64,000 nt of DNA from Lachnospiraceae bacterium (GTDB taxonomy: Bacteria > Bacillota_I > Bacilli_A > RFN20 > CAG-826). Where the stretch lies: positions 1,219 through 65,218 of the forward strand of contig CAVKLJ010000003.1 in assembly GCA_963657245.1 (NCBI GenBank), given 5' to 3'. Below are positions 54,452 to 63,953 of this stretch, in pieces. Each line of letters starts with the position of its first letter. Position 1 is the stretch's first letter. The notes under the pieces are model-generated. The model ran no database searches and was not told where the DNA came from. It saw only the letters and a program-made list of their open reading frames with translations. Position numbers and translations under genes: made by a program.

Positions 54452-57250
54452 ATGAGAAAAAATAATAAATGGAAATTTGGGCTCCTCTCGGTTACAGCCA
54501 TCCTTACAATGGGTGGTTGTACCCCAGGAGATACCAGCACAGCTGAATACACTTACAACACATATTTATCCACAAGCCCTAGTAACTGGAACGTTCATAA
54601 CTGGACAACCAGCGATGAATCTTATGTTACAGGCTTTACCGAGATGGGTTTCTATGATGCCGTTTTAAATGACGCCAAAAATGGCTACAACTTTGTTACC
54701 GAAATGGCTTCTGACATGCCACAAGCTGTTAAACCAGAAGACGTTTCTGACGATGAGATGGAAAAATACTATGACGGAATTGGTAACATTACCGAAAACA
54801 TGGTTTGGGACATCCCACTTAACAAGGACGCCGTTTGGGAAGATGGAGCAAAGATCACCGCACAAGATTACGTGGATTCAATGGAACGTCTTTTAAACCC
54901 AAAGTACGCCAATTATCGTGCAGACTCTTACTATAACGGTAACATGATCATCCGTAACGCTGAAAACTACTATAAGCAAGGACGCCAAACAATTGAAGAG
55001 TTCTATGCCAACATTGACGATAAAGACCAAGGTTTAGTTAAAGATGACTCTGGTTACTATTATATCAACCTTGGTAAATATACTTCCTATGTAGGCCTTG
55101 TTTTCTCTAACGCTGATACTAGCACAAGTTTCTATGATGTTTTGAACCAAGTTGCTAAAACATACAACGTCGAGCTTCAAGCAGAACGCATTATCAATGC
55201 CTACGCTTATTTCCTCTGGAAAGGCCGTGATCATTCAGGTTCGAGCGAAAAGAACTCTTGGGAAAGAGTTAAATCGCCATCAGACGTTTCTTCAACAATG
55301 ATTGAAAACGATAACTATGATCTCGATATCACAACATTTGATAAAGGATTTGAAGACCTTTCTACGGGTGAAACAATCAAAATCCGTACAATCAAAGAGT
55401 TGAACAAAGGCTGGATCACATACGATAAAGATGATGCGACAAAGGTAACTTACGATAACACCGAAGAATATTCTTTAGAAGACTTAAAGAGCGATCTTAC
55501 GAAAGTCGTTAGAGCAATCACCTCTAGAAGCACATACTCCTCAAAGAAATGGGCTTGGAAATTACCATTGTTCACAAAAGTATATGGATATGATGGTGTA
55601 GTTAACTCCGATGAAATCGGCATCAGAAAAGTCGATGACTACACAATTCGTTTCTACCTTGCAAAAGCCATTTCACCACTTAACCTTAAGTTCAACTTAA
55701 CAAGCAACTTCTTAGTTAACGTTAAGCTTTATGACGATTTGACAACCACAACCGCAACGGGTTCCAAAGTTACAAAGTACGCATCTAATGAAGTAGGAAA
55801 TTATAAGTCCTATGGCCCATACAAGCTTACTTTCTTCGATACAGGAAAAGAAATCCATATCGAACGTAATGAAAATTGGTACGGCTATAAAGACGGAAAA
55901 CACGAAGGACAATTCCAAATGGATGAAATCATCACAAAGATTTATCCAACTCACGAAACAGCCCTTCAAGAATTCGAAGCAGGAAGATTAGACGACATCG
56001 ACTTAACAGTCTCTGATGTCAGTAAGTATGGCACTTCAAGACGTTGCACAACAACATATGAATCCTATACTCAAAAATTATCCTTCAACTCCGAAAGAGG
56101 CATGTTAAAAGATCGTCAAGCTGGCACAGCCAACACTAACAAAACGATCATCGCCAATAATGATTTCCGTAAAGGCTTATCACTTAGCTTAAATAGATCA
56201 CAATTCACTTCTCAAGCTACATCTGGCTCTAAAGCATTCACGGGCTTACTTAACGATTTATATCTTGCAAATAACTCAACGGGCGAAACATATCGTTCTA
56301 CAGTTCAAGGCAAGAGCGTCTATGGAAAAGTCTATGGACACTTAGGCGGCGAAACAATCGATGAAACAAGCGGAACGGCACTTTCAGAGGATGCAAACGG
56401 ATATAATCAAAGCCTTGCTGTTGCCTATGTTGTTAAGGCAATAAAAGAAGAACTTCAAAGTTCTCAAGAAGGACATATCGAAGCAAATAACACCATTGAT
56501 ATCGAATTCCGTGTTTATGATAATTCTTCCGAAAACACAAAAAAAGCTTTCGATTTCATCAACTCAACCTGGACACAATTGATGGCTGACGCAACAACGC
56601 AATTGATTAAAGATGGCGCTCTTAAGGCAAGCGAAAAGATTGGATTTAACCTTCACATGGAACCAGACCAAGACTACTACACAACAGCTCAAACTGGACG
56701 TTACGATATGATTTTCTCCACATGGGGTGGCGCTGCCATTAACCCATATGGCTTAATGCAAGTCTATTGCGATTCAACATTCACCCAAACTTGTGAATAT
56801 GGATTCAAAGGAAAACAAGATAAGGTCGAACTCACCATTGATTTAGATGAAAATGGCGATGGAATTGCCGAATCTAGCGATACCCGCTCCTTCCATCAAT
56901 GGTACGAAGACATGAATAATTCCGATGAGTTCAATGAAGGCGTCTATGTTGACGAAATCAAAAAAGGCGACAAAGGTTACGAAGATTGGTTCAAGATTCA
57001 CAACAAGAGATTAAGTGTTCTTGCCGGACTTGAAGCAGGTGTCTTAAATCGTTTTGAAGCGGTTCCTCTTTGCGCTCGTGGTTCTTCTTCATTGCTCAGC
57101 TTCAAGGTTGAAAACGCAACAGACCACTACGTCTCCTTAATCGGATACGGTGGAATTCGTTTAATGAAGTTCAACTACAACAACACGCAATGGTCTGAAT
57201 TCTGCTCTAGATACAACAACCAATTATCCGACTTATACAAAGCTTCATAA
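54452..57250 (+). CDS. oppA: ABC transporter substrate-binding lipoprotein, family 5 (oligopeptide-type), enlarged (932 aa)
   Basis: Signal plus lipobox MGGC. SBP_bac_5-like segments (e.g. WEDGAKITAQDYVDSMERLLNP, ERNENWYG) interrupted by extra sequence. Confidence 0.8.
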   Translation: MRKNNKWKFGLLSVTAILTMGGCTPGDTSTAEYTYNTYLSTSPSNWNVHNWTTSDESYVTGFTEMGFYDAVLNDAKNGYNFVTEMASDMPQAVKPEDVSDDEMEKYYDGIGNITENMVWDIPLNKDAVWEDGAKITAQDYVDSMERLLNPKYANYRADSYYNGNMIIRNAENYYKQGRQTIEEFYANIDDKDQGLVKDDSGYYYINLGKYTSYVGLVFSNADTSTSFYDVLNQVAKTYNVELQAERIINAYAYFLWKGRDHSGSSEKNSWERVKSPSDVSSTMIENDNYDLDITTFDKGFEDLSTGETIKIRTIKELNKGWITYDKDDATKVTYDNTEEYSLEDLKSDLTKVVRAITSRSTYSSKKWAWKLPLFTKVYGYDGVVNSDEIGIRKVDDYTIRFYLAKAISPLNLKFNLTSNFLVNVKLYDDLTTTTATGSKVTKYASNEVGNYKSYGPYKLTFFDTGKEIHIERNENWYGYKDGKHEGQFQMDEIITKIYPTHETALQEFEAGRLDDIDLTVSDVSKYGTSRRCTTTYESYTQKLSFNSERGMLKDRQAGTANTNKTIIANNDFRKGLSLSLNRSQFTSQATSGSKAFTGLLNDLYLANNSTGETYRSTVQGKSVYGKVYGHLGGETIDETSGTALSEDANGYNQSLAVAYVVKAIKEELQSSQEGHIEANNTIDIEFRVYDNSSENTKKAFDFINSTWTQLMADATTQLIKDGALKASEKIGFNLHMEPDQDYYTTAQTGRYDMIFSTWGGAAINPYGLMQVYCDSTFTQTCEYGFKGKQDKVELTIDLDENGDGIAESSDTRSFHQWYEDMNNSDEFNEGVYVDEIKKGDKGYEDWFKIHNKRLSVLAGLEAGVLNRFEAVPLCARGSSSLLSFKVENATDHYVSLIGYGGIRLMKFNYNNTQWSEFCSRYNNQLSDLYKAS

Positions 57251-57277
57251 TAAGTTTTACAATTTCGGATATAATAG

Positions 57278-57306
57278 GAAGGCCGACTCATTTTGGGTCG
57301 GCCTTC
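57278..57306 (+). other. GC-rich stem-loop between the SBP and permease genes
   Basis: GAAGGCCGAC(57278-57287)-9 nt-GTCGGCCTTC(57297-57306), a perfect 10-bp stem with no T tract on either strand. Confidence 0.6.
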
Positions 57307-57322
57307 AATTAGTAAAGAGATT

Positions 57323-58477
57323 ATGAAAAAGAAAAAGAAAATACAGAGTAAAACAGAAAGCTCATTAAATGAGAATAATCTCGAAATTAGTGGAAATGCG
57401 GCAGCCCTAAATCGAGAGGAAACTTCCGGATGGAAGAAATTTTGGTCCGCCTTCGTTGGTTTTTGGACCAGCAAAAGCACAAAAGAAATGTTGGCTTATA
57501 TTCTCAAAAGACTCGTTCTTCTTGTGTGTACGTTTTTAATCATCTTTTTGATTTGCTTTGTCTTAGTGCGTTTATTGCCAGTCTCCTTTGAAGGCGGTCT
57601 CAAAGACGAAGAAGTATTTTATAAACAGATGGTTGCCCAAGGCCGTTATGTAGATAATCGTGACGGTACTTATTCTCCAATGCCGATCATGCAACAGCTT
57701 TGGAATTTCCTTAAGAACCTTTTCAGTGGAAATGGCAATCCATGGGGTTTTTCCTATAAGATCCAATGGCTCGCCTCGCCTGATGAGATCTTAGCTAAAA
57801 GATTCCCACCAACCGTTTTGATTAACGTTTATTCCATGATATTCTCCATTCCTCTTGGCTTAGGACTTGGTATCTTCATGGCGCTTAAAAAGAACAAATG
57901 GCAAGACCATGCCTTAAGCGTATTAATTATGTTGGTAATTTCCGTTCCATCATTTGTTTATGCGTTTATCCTTCAATATTTATTTGCCTATGTTTGGCAA
58001 ATATTACCTTCAGTCGCCGAGTCTTCAAAGGTTGGCTATTTCTCTTGGACATATTTCCGTTCCATCATTTTACCAATCTTATCGATGTCGTTCGGTTCAA
58101 TCGCTGGATATGCTCGTTATACACGTGCTGAATTAACAGAAGTCTTAACTAGCGACTTTATGTTGCTTGCTAGAACAAAAGGCTTAACAAGAGGCCAAGC
58201 GACTGTTAGACATGCGTTTAGAAACTCACTTGTCCCTATTTTCCCAATGATCTTAGGTGAAATCATCTCGATTCTCTCTGGCTCAATGATCATCGAAAAC
58301 ATCTTTGCCGTTAACGGTGTTGGAGGTCTCTACCTTGATTCAATTAATAAGAGAGATTACGACGTTTTCCAATTCGTTTCGATGTTTTATATCTTAATCG
58401 GTCTAGTCGGAACCTTAGTTGTCGACGTTTCTTATGGAATTGTTGATCCACGTATCAGAATGGGGGGTAAAAAATAA
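57323..58477 (+). CDS. oppB: ABC transporter permease, OppB/DppB-type, with ~60-aa N-terminal extension
   Basis: Start set at ATG 57323; the track's TTG at 57293 lies inside the stem-loop. BPD_transp_1 EAA-like region (ARTKGLTRGQATVRHAFRNSLVP). Confidence 0.85.
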   Translation: MKKKKKIQSKTESSLNENNLEISGNAAALNREETSGWKKFWSAFVGFWTSKSTKEMLAYILKRLVLLVCTFLIIFLICFVLVRLLPVSFEGGLKDEEVFYKQMVAQGRYVDNRDGTYSPMPIMQQLWNFLKNLFSGNGNPWGFSYKIQWLASPDEILAKRFPPTVLINVYSMIFSIPLGLGLGIFMALKKNKWQDHALSVLIMLVISVPSFVYAFILQYLFAYVWQILPSVAESSKVGYFSWTYFRSIILPILSMSFGSIAGYARYTRAELTEVLTSDFMLLARTKGLTRGQATVRHAFRNSLVPIFPMILGEIISILSGSMIIENIFAVNGVGGLYLDSINKRDYDVFQFVSMFYILIGLVGTLVVDVSYGIVDPRIRMGGKK

Positions 58478-60183
58478 TGGAAAAATTTGAAATCTTAGAC
58501 AAGCCCCAGAATTTGGAGTTAGAAAGCTTACCGAAAGAGCTTTTCAAAAAATCAAAAGTCGATGCAGAATCTTTGCATGACCAAGCTTTTGAAACAAAGC
58601 CAGTATCTTTCTTAAAAGGCGCTCTTATTCGTTTCGCAAAAAACAAAGCTTCTATTGTTGCAGCCGTAATCATTGCTTTGATCATTCTCTATGCAATCAT
58701 TGTCCCTTTTGCATCGCCAAAAGCTTATGTTGATTCCGTAGAATACCCATCCGGGTTTCAAGATAGTTATTTCTCCTATGCCTTACCATACAATTCCCTT
58801 TTCAAGGGCACAGGTTTCTGGGATGGAACTGAAGTTGCTACAGGTTACTCTGAGCAAGCTTTGAGCGTTCTTAAATACGATGACTCCAATCACAGTAAAT
58901 TGGTTAGTGTCATTTCCGAAACGACGGCAGAAATAACTCCTACACAAAAAATCACGATGTATTCAGTGCGTATCGATTCTTATGCCGTAGGAAACAAAGT
59001 TATTACAATCAAACCTTCAGTTTATGAAGAACTTGTAAAATATGAGAAAGATAACAACATCTATCGTCAAGATAACTCAATCATGAAGCCTTTCGTTGAT
59101 GTTTCTACCTACATAAAAGAATACAAAGACACGATGGCTATGGATCTTAAAGGTGTTACATATGCCGAACTTACCGATATCCCAACAAAGAACACAATCG
59201 ATAACGTTACCGACGCTATGAATAACTACTACAATCAAAATGCGAATATCTACTACAAACTTGATGCAAAAATGTCAAATGGTTCATATTCTCAATCATC
59301 ATTTAAGACGATATTCGATTCAAACGGCGAACCAGCAACAATCTACGAAAAAGATTCTGACGGCAATTACGTTTATGAAAAATATTCAAACGGAACCTAC
59401 ACAGTCCGTGTCGATTATTTCGATTACTTCGTTTTCCACAATGGTTTTGAGCCATATTACATCTTTGGTTCAAATGGCTCTGGCCAAGATTTATTCTTAC
59501 GTTTAGCCGTTGGCGCTAGATTCTCCCTCTTACTCGGTGTCGGCATCTCAATCATTAACATTCTTATTGGTGTTATTTGGGGCTCAATCTCTGGATATTA
59601 TGGAGGTAAAGTCGACCTTGTCATGGAACGTTTCACTGATATCATTTCAGCTATTCCATCGGTTATTATTCTTACTATTTGTTCAATTCAATTCTCCAAT
59701 AACGTTTCATTAAAAGCGGCGATTGGAAGTTCGGGCGTTATGGTCCTTGCCTTCTTAGTTGCCTTCGTCTATTCAGGGTGGGTTGGAGTAGCCGGAACTA
59801 CCCGTATGCAGTTCTACCGTTTCAAAGGACAAGAATACGTTCTTGCTTCAAGAACATTAGGCGCTAAAGACCCACGTTTGATTTTCAAACATATCTTGCC
59901 TAACGCCATTGGCACATTAGTCACCTCTTCAGTATTAATGATTCCTTCTGTTATCTTCTCTGAATCGTCATTAAGCTACTTAGGCATTATTAATTTCACA
60001 ACGAGCGGCATTTCTTCAATTGGTTCATTACTTGAAGAAGGCCAAAACGCTGGTTTGTCTAGTCACCCACATTTGTTGTTGTTCCCATGTATCGTAATTT
60101 CATTGTTGATGATTTGCTTCAACCTCTTTGGAAACGGCTTACGTGACGCCTTCAACACATCACTTAAAGGAAGCGAGGAATAA
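58477..60183 (+). CDS. oppC: ABC transporter permease, OppC/DppC-type, with ~270-aa extracytoplasmic insertion
   Basis: TM1 at about residues 60-80, then a soluble stretch to ~340, then the canonical permease core (ASRTLGAKDPRLIFKHILPN). Confidence 0.85.
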   Translation: MEKFEILDKPQNLELESLPKELFKKSKVDAESLHDQAFETKPVSFLKGALIRFAKNKASIVAAVIIALIILYAIIVPFASPKAYVDSVEYPSGFQDSYFSYALPYNSLFKGTGFWDGTEVATGYSEQALSVLKYDDSNHSKLVSVISETTAEITPTQKITMYSVRIDSYAVGNKVITIKPSVYEELVKYEKDNNIYRQDNSIMKPFVDVSTYIKEYKDTMAMDLKGVTYAELTDIPTKNTIDNVTDAMNNYYNQNANIYYKLDAKMSNGSYSQSSFKTIFDSNGEPATIYEKDSDGNYVYEKYSNGTYTVRVDYFDYFVFHNGFEPYYIFGSNGSGQDLFLRLAVGARFSLLLGVGISIINILIGVIWGSISGYYGGKVDLVMERFTDIISAIPSVIILTICSIQFSNNVSLKAAIGSSGVMVLAFLVAFVYSGWVGVAGTTRMQFYRFKGQEYVLASRTLGAKDPRLIFKHILPNAIGTLVTSSVLMIPSVIFSESSLSYLGIINFTTSGISSIGSLLEEGQNAGLSSHPHLLLFPCIVISLLMICFNLFGNGLRDAFNTSLKGSEE

Positions 60184-60185
60184 TT

Positions 60186-61940
60186 ATGGCTAACGAATTA
60201 GAAAAAATCTTAGACGTAAAAAACTTACGTATTTCCTTTAGAACTGATGGAGGAACAGTTAAAGCCGTTAGAGGCATCTCTTTCCCTCTATATAAAGGAA
60301 GAACTCTTGCCATTGTCGGAGAATCTGGTTCTGGTAAATCAGTTACATCTAAAGCAATCTTGGGCATTCTCGCCGGAAATAAGATTGTTGAAGATGGCCA
60401 AATTCTTTTCGATGGCAAAGATTTATTGCAAATCAGTGAGGAGCAATTCTCAAAGATTCGTGGCGTTAAAATCTCCATGATTTTCCAGGATCCATTATCA
60501 TCTTTAAATCCAATCATGATTGTCGGCAAGCAATTAACCGAAGCGATGGTTTTAAAACACAAAGCTGATAAAAAGGAAGCAATCCACTATCTCGTTAAAC
60601 TTGATGGCATCTTAAAGAAAGCAGATCAAGATGAAATGGCAATTGTTTTACAAGAACAAAGCGACGGCACATTTGATATCAAAGAACACGAAGATTTATT
60701 CCTTCGTGCAGCAAGTTTATCCGTTGAGGAACAAAAAGCCGCAATAAATCAAATCTTGCCTAAACTTCAAGGTGTCTACAACACTTTATTCGATGCCGAA
60801 GACTTCGAACCTAATAAAGCGCTTGCTTTGTTAAAACCATTGTTCAAGGAATTGGCAAAATGCGAATTATCCATTGCTAAAAACCCTGATAACACGATTG
60901 CAGTCTTCCCAATTCAAACAAAGAATTTCGTAACTGTTGCAAGAGACTCCTTAAAACACGAAAATATCCGAAAGAAGAATTTTGAAAAATACAAAGTTTC
61001 TGATTTCTTCGACTTACCGGCTGAAGTTCGTGCAAAATCCAGAGAAACAATCATTTCTCAAAAGGAGCACAAAGAGCATTTTAAATCCGCTTTTGATGAA
61101 TTACTCGAACACTTAAATAGCCTCTTAGCAAGAGATGAAGAAAACACCAAAAAGCTTGGTGAACTTGCGATGAAAGCCTACGATGAGGCAATTGATGTCT
61201 CTAATAGTGAGTTAACTAGCAAACAAGCCAAAGAAAAAGCAATCAAGATGCTTGCTGATGTTGGCATTAACGAACCAGAAAAACGTTTCCATCAATATCC
61301 ATTTGAGCTCTCTGGCGGCATGAGACAACGTATCGTCATCGCCATTGCTCTATGTTCTTCTCCAGAAGTTCTTATCTGTGACGAACCTACAACAGCTCTT
61401 GACGTTACCATTCAATCTCAAATCCTTGAGTTAATTAATAAACTCAAAAAGGATAAAAACCTCTCGATCGTCTTTATTACCCACGACTTAGGCGTTGTTG
61501 CCAATATGGCTGATGATATCGCTGTTATGTATGCAGGAAAAATCGTTGAGATGGGCACTGCAACAGACATCTTCTACGATCCAAGACACCCATATACATG
61601 GGCATTACTTGGCTCTGTACCAGATTTAAACACAAAAGAAAAACTCAATGCCATCCCAGGAACTCCACCAAATATGTTGCTCCCACCAAAAGGAGACGCA
61701 TTTGCCGCTAGAAACAAAAACGCTTTGGAAATTGATAATCTTTATGCAGCACCATTCTTCAAAGTTTCTTCAACCCACTTTGCTGCGACCTGGAACTTAC
61801 ATCCAGAGGCAGAAGATATCAAGGCTCCTGATTTAGTTATTGCTCGTATTAAAGCGGCACTTGCCGATCACCCCGAATACACACCTAAAGCGGATAATAT
61901 GAAAAATTCAGTCTTAAATTACATTAAGGAGGAGAAATAA
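60186..61940 (+). CDS. oppD: ABC transporter ATP-binding protein OppD-type with ~215-aa insertion
   Basis: Walker A GESGSGKS, Q-loop FQDPLSSLNP, signature LSGGMRQR, Walker B LICDEPTTALD, C-terminal oligo_HPY region. Confidence 0.9.
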   Translation: MANELEKILDVKNLRISFRTDGGTVKAVRGISFPLYKGRTLAIVGESGSGKSVTSKAILGILAGNKIVEDGQILFDGKDLLQISEEQFSKIRGVKISMIFQDPLSSLNPIMIVGKQLTEAMVLKHKADKKEAIHYLVKLDGILKKADQDEMAIVLQEQSDGTFDIKEHEDLFLRAASLSVEEQKAAINQILPKLQGVYNTLFDAEDFEPNKALALLKPLFKELAKCELSIAKNPDNTIAVFPIQTKNFVTVARDSLKHENIRKKNFEKYKVSDFFDLPAEVRAKSRETIISQKEHKEHFKSAFDELLEHLNSLLARDEENTKKLGELAMKAYDEAIDVSNSELTSKQAKEKAIKMLADVGINEPEKRFHQYPFELSGGMRQRIVIAIALCSSPEVLICDEPTTALDVTIQSQILELINKLKKDKNLSIVFITHDLGVVANMADDIAVMYAGKIVEMGTATDIFYDPRHPYTWALLGSVPDLNTKEKLNAIPGTPPNMLLPPKGDAFAARNKNALEIDNLYAAPFFKVSSTHFAATWNLHPEAEDIKAPDLVIARIKAALADHPEYTPKADNMKNSVLNYIKEEK

Positions 61941-61941
61941 T

Positions 61942-63453
61942 ATGCCAAAAACAAAAAAAGTTACATCTCCTGATGTAGTGAAAGAAGAAACAAAAACAAC
62001 GACAGCAAAAAAGGCCGTTAAAACAAAAGAGAAAGTAGAAATCGAAAACTTCAAGAAAGCCTTCGACTACACAAATACTCCAAAGGTCCTTGAGCTCTCT
62101 CACGTTAAGCAATATTTCCGTTTCAAGAGCGGTGATGTTAAATACCTAAAAGCCGTCCATGACGTTTCCTTTAGCGTTTATAAAGGCGAAGTCTTCGGTC
62201 TTGTTGGCGAATCTGGATGTGGCAAAACCACAACAGGACGTGACATCATGAAACTTTATCCTCTTACAAGCGGAGATATCTGGCTTGATGGAGTGAGAGT
62301 CTCAGCAGGCACGCGTTGGAACGAAAAAGAAATCAAATGGACTAATGTTCGCGCTGCTAACAAGATAAAAGAAATAGAAAGGCAAAAGAAAGAAATTGAA
62401 GATGGTCTCCGTCAAGAATTCGAAGAAGCCTACGGTGTCCAGTTCAAACTCAATGCCTTAAAAGAAGAGGCAGATTCTTCAAAACACGCTTACTATGAAA
62501 GATACGTAGAAGCGATGAAGCCGCTTGATGAAGAAATCAGGCTTGTCAAAGAACATCAAAAAGCAGTTCACGACGAGCAAATAGCAAAAATCAAACAAGC
62601 TAAGAGCGACGATAAAAACTACAACAAGAACATTGCTCATCACGAAGTTGAGCTTGTAAACGAAAAATACAAAGACTTAATTGCTAAAATCCAATCTGGA
62701 GTCTCCTTAACGAAAGAAGAAAAAGTCAAGGAAGAAGAGTACAAGAAAGAACTCGAAAAGGCTAAGCACACAACCTTGGCTAATAAAGTTCAAATGATCT
62801 TCCAGGATCCAATCGCTTCGTTAAACCCTCGTATGACGGTTAGAAACATCATTGCAGAAGGTTTAGTAATAAATGGCATCCGTGATAAGCAATTTATCAA
62901 CGATGAAGTTGCCCGCGTTCTTAAATTAGTAGGCCTCGTCCCAGAACACGCCAACAGATATCCACACGAATTCTCTGGTGGTCAAAGACAACGTATTGGA
63001 ATCGCTCGTTCAATCATCATGAATCCTGAACTAATTGTTGCTGATGAACCTGTCTCAGCACTCGATGTCTCCGTTCAGGCCCAAGTCATAAATCTTCTAA
63101 ATGACTTACGTAATTCTCTTGGTTTGACAATCATCTTCATTGCTCATAACCTCTCAGTCGTTAAATATTTCTGCGATCGTATTGCCGTTATGTTCTATGG
63201 CAACCTAGTTGAACTTGCTTCTGCTGATGAATTGTTCTTACATCCACTTCATCCATACACAAAAAGCTTACTCTCTGCCGTTCCATTCCCTGACCCAATC
63301 ATCGAAAAGAACCGTCAAAGAATAGCCTATGATCCAAGTAAAGACCATGATTATTCAAAGCAACTTCCTTCTTGGAGAGAAATCGCTCCTGGCCACTTCG
63401 TACGTTGCAATGACGAAGAGGAAGAAAGATACAAAAAGGAGCTTGCTAAATGA
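61942..63453 (+). CDS. oppF: ABC transporter ATP-binding protein OppF-type with N-terminal K-rich extension and ~155-aa insertion
   Basis: Walker A GESGCGKTT, FQDPIASLNP, FSGGQRQR, IVADEPVSALD. Confidence 0.9.
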   Translation: MPKTKKVTSPDVVKEETKTTTAKKAVKTKEKVEIENFKKAFDYTNTPKVLELSHVKQYFRFKSGDVKYLKAVHDVSFSVYKGEVFGLVGESGCGKTTTGRDIMKLYPLTSGDIWLDGVRVSAGTRWNEKEIKWTNVRAANKIKEIERQKKEIEDGLRQEFEEAYGVQFKLNALKEEADSSKHAYYERYVEAMKPLDEEIRLVKEHQKAVHDEQIAKIKQAKSDDKNYNKNIAHHEVELVNEKYKDLIAKIQSGVSLTKEEKVKEEEYKKELEKAKHTTLANKVQMIFQDPIASLNPRMTVRNIIAEGLVINGIRDKQFINDEVARVLKLVGLVPEHANRYPHEFSGGQRQRIGIARSIIMNPELIVADEPVSALDVSVQAQVINLLNDLRNSLGLTIIFIAHNLSVVKYFCDRIAVMFYGNLVELASADELFLHPLHPYTKSLLSAVPFPDPIIEKNRQRIAYDPSKDHDYSKQLPSWREIAPGHFVRCNDEEEERYKKELAK

Positions 63454-63941
63454 GTAAAATCCCATACGCTGATCCTCAAAAAGGAGGAGAAGCCGGGAGA
63501 GAAGAAAAATTCTGGAACTCTAGAACCATAAGAAATCTCATTGTTTCCCTCATTGTTCTAATTCTTACCGGACTACTAATTGCTTTTGCGGAATACTTCA
63601 CATTAACAAACGGTCCATCTGGCACAGGAAAAGATAAAAACCTCATCATGCATGTCCTCTCAGACTCATTCAGTTTAAGTGGTCTATTAGGCTTATGCTT
63701 CTATGCTTTGTCGTATATTTCTTCGAAAGGGGCATTCGATATATTGTCCTATTCGATTCAAACGTTATTCTTGGTAACATTCAGGCCAAAATATCGTGAG
63801 ACAAGCTTCCCCAAAACCTATTACGATTACAAGGTTTTAAAGGATGGCAAAAGAAGAAAACCAATAAGTGTTCTTCTTCTATCAAGTCTAGTCTTCTTCA
63901 TAGTAGGAATAATTCTACTTATCATCTACGTAAACATTTAA
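63450..63941 (+). CDS. DUF3899-like small membrane protein
   Basis: 3-4 TM segments. The pattern FDILSYSIQ...FRPKYRE..F..YYDYK resembles DUF3899. Confidence 0.6.
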   Translation: MSKIPYADPQKGGEAGREEKFWNSRTIRNLIVSLIVLILTGLLIAFAEYFTLTNGPSGTGKDKNLIMHVLSDSFSLSGLLGLCFYALSYISSKGAFDILSYSIQTLFLVTFRPKYRETSFPKTYYDYKVLKDGKRRKPISVLLLSSLVFFIVGIILLIIYVNI

Positions 63942-63953
63942 AAGGAGAAAAAT

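Noticed and set aside
57293-57322. TTG start proposed by the ORF track for oppB.
   Set aside because: The codon lies inside the 10-bp GC stem-loop. The ATG at 57323 is more plausible.
60164-60562. 132-aa minus-strand ORF spanning the oppC/oppD junction.
   Set aside because: Antisense to two conserved ABC genes, including the Walker A region.
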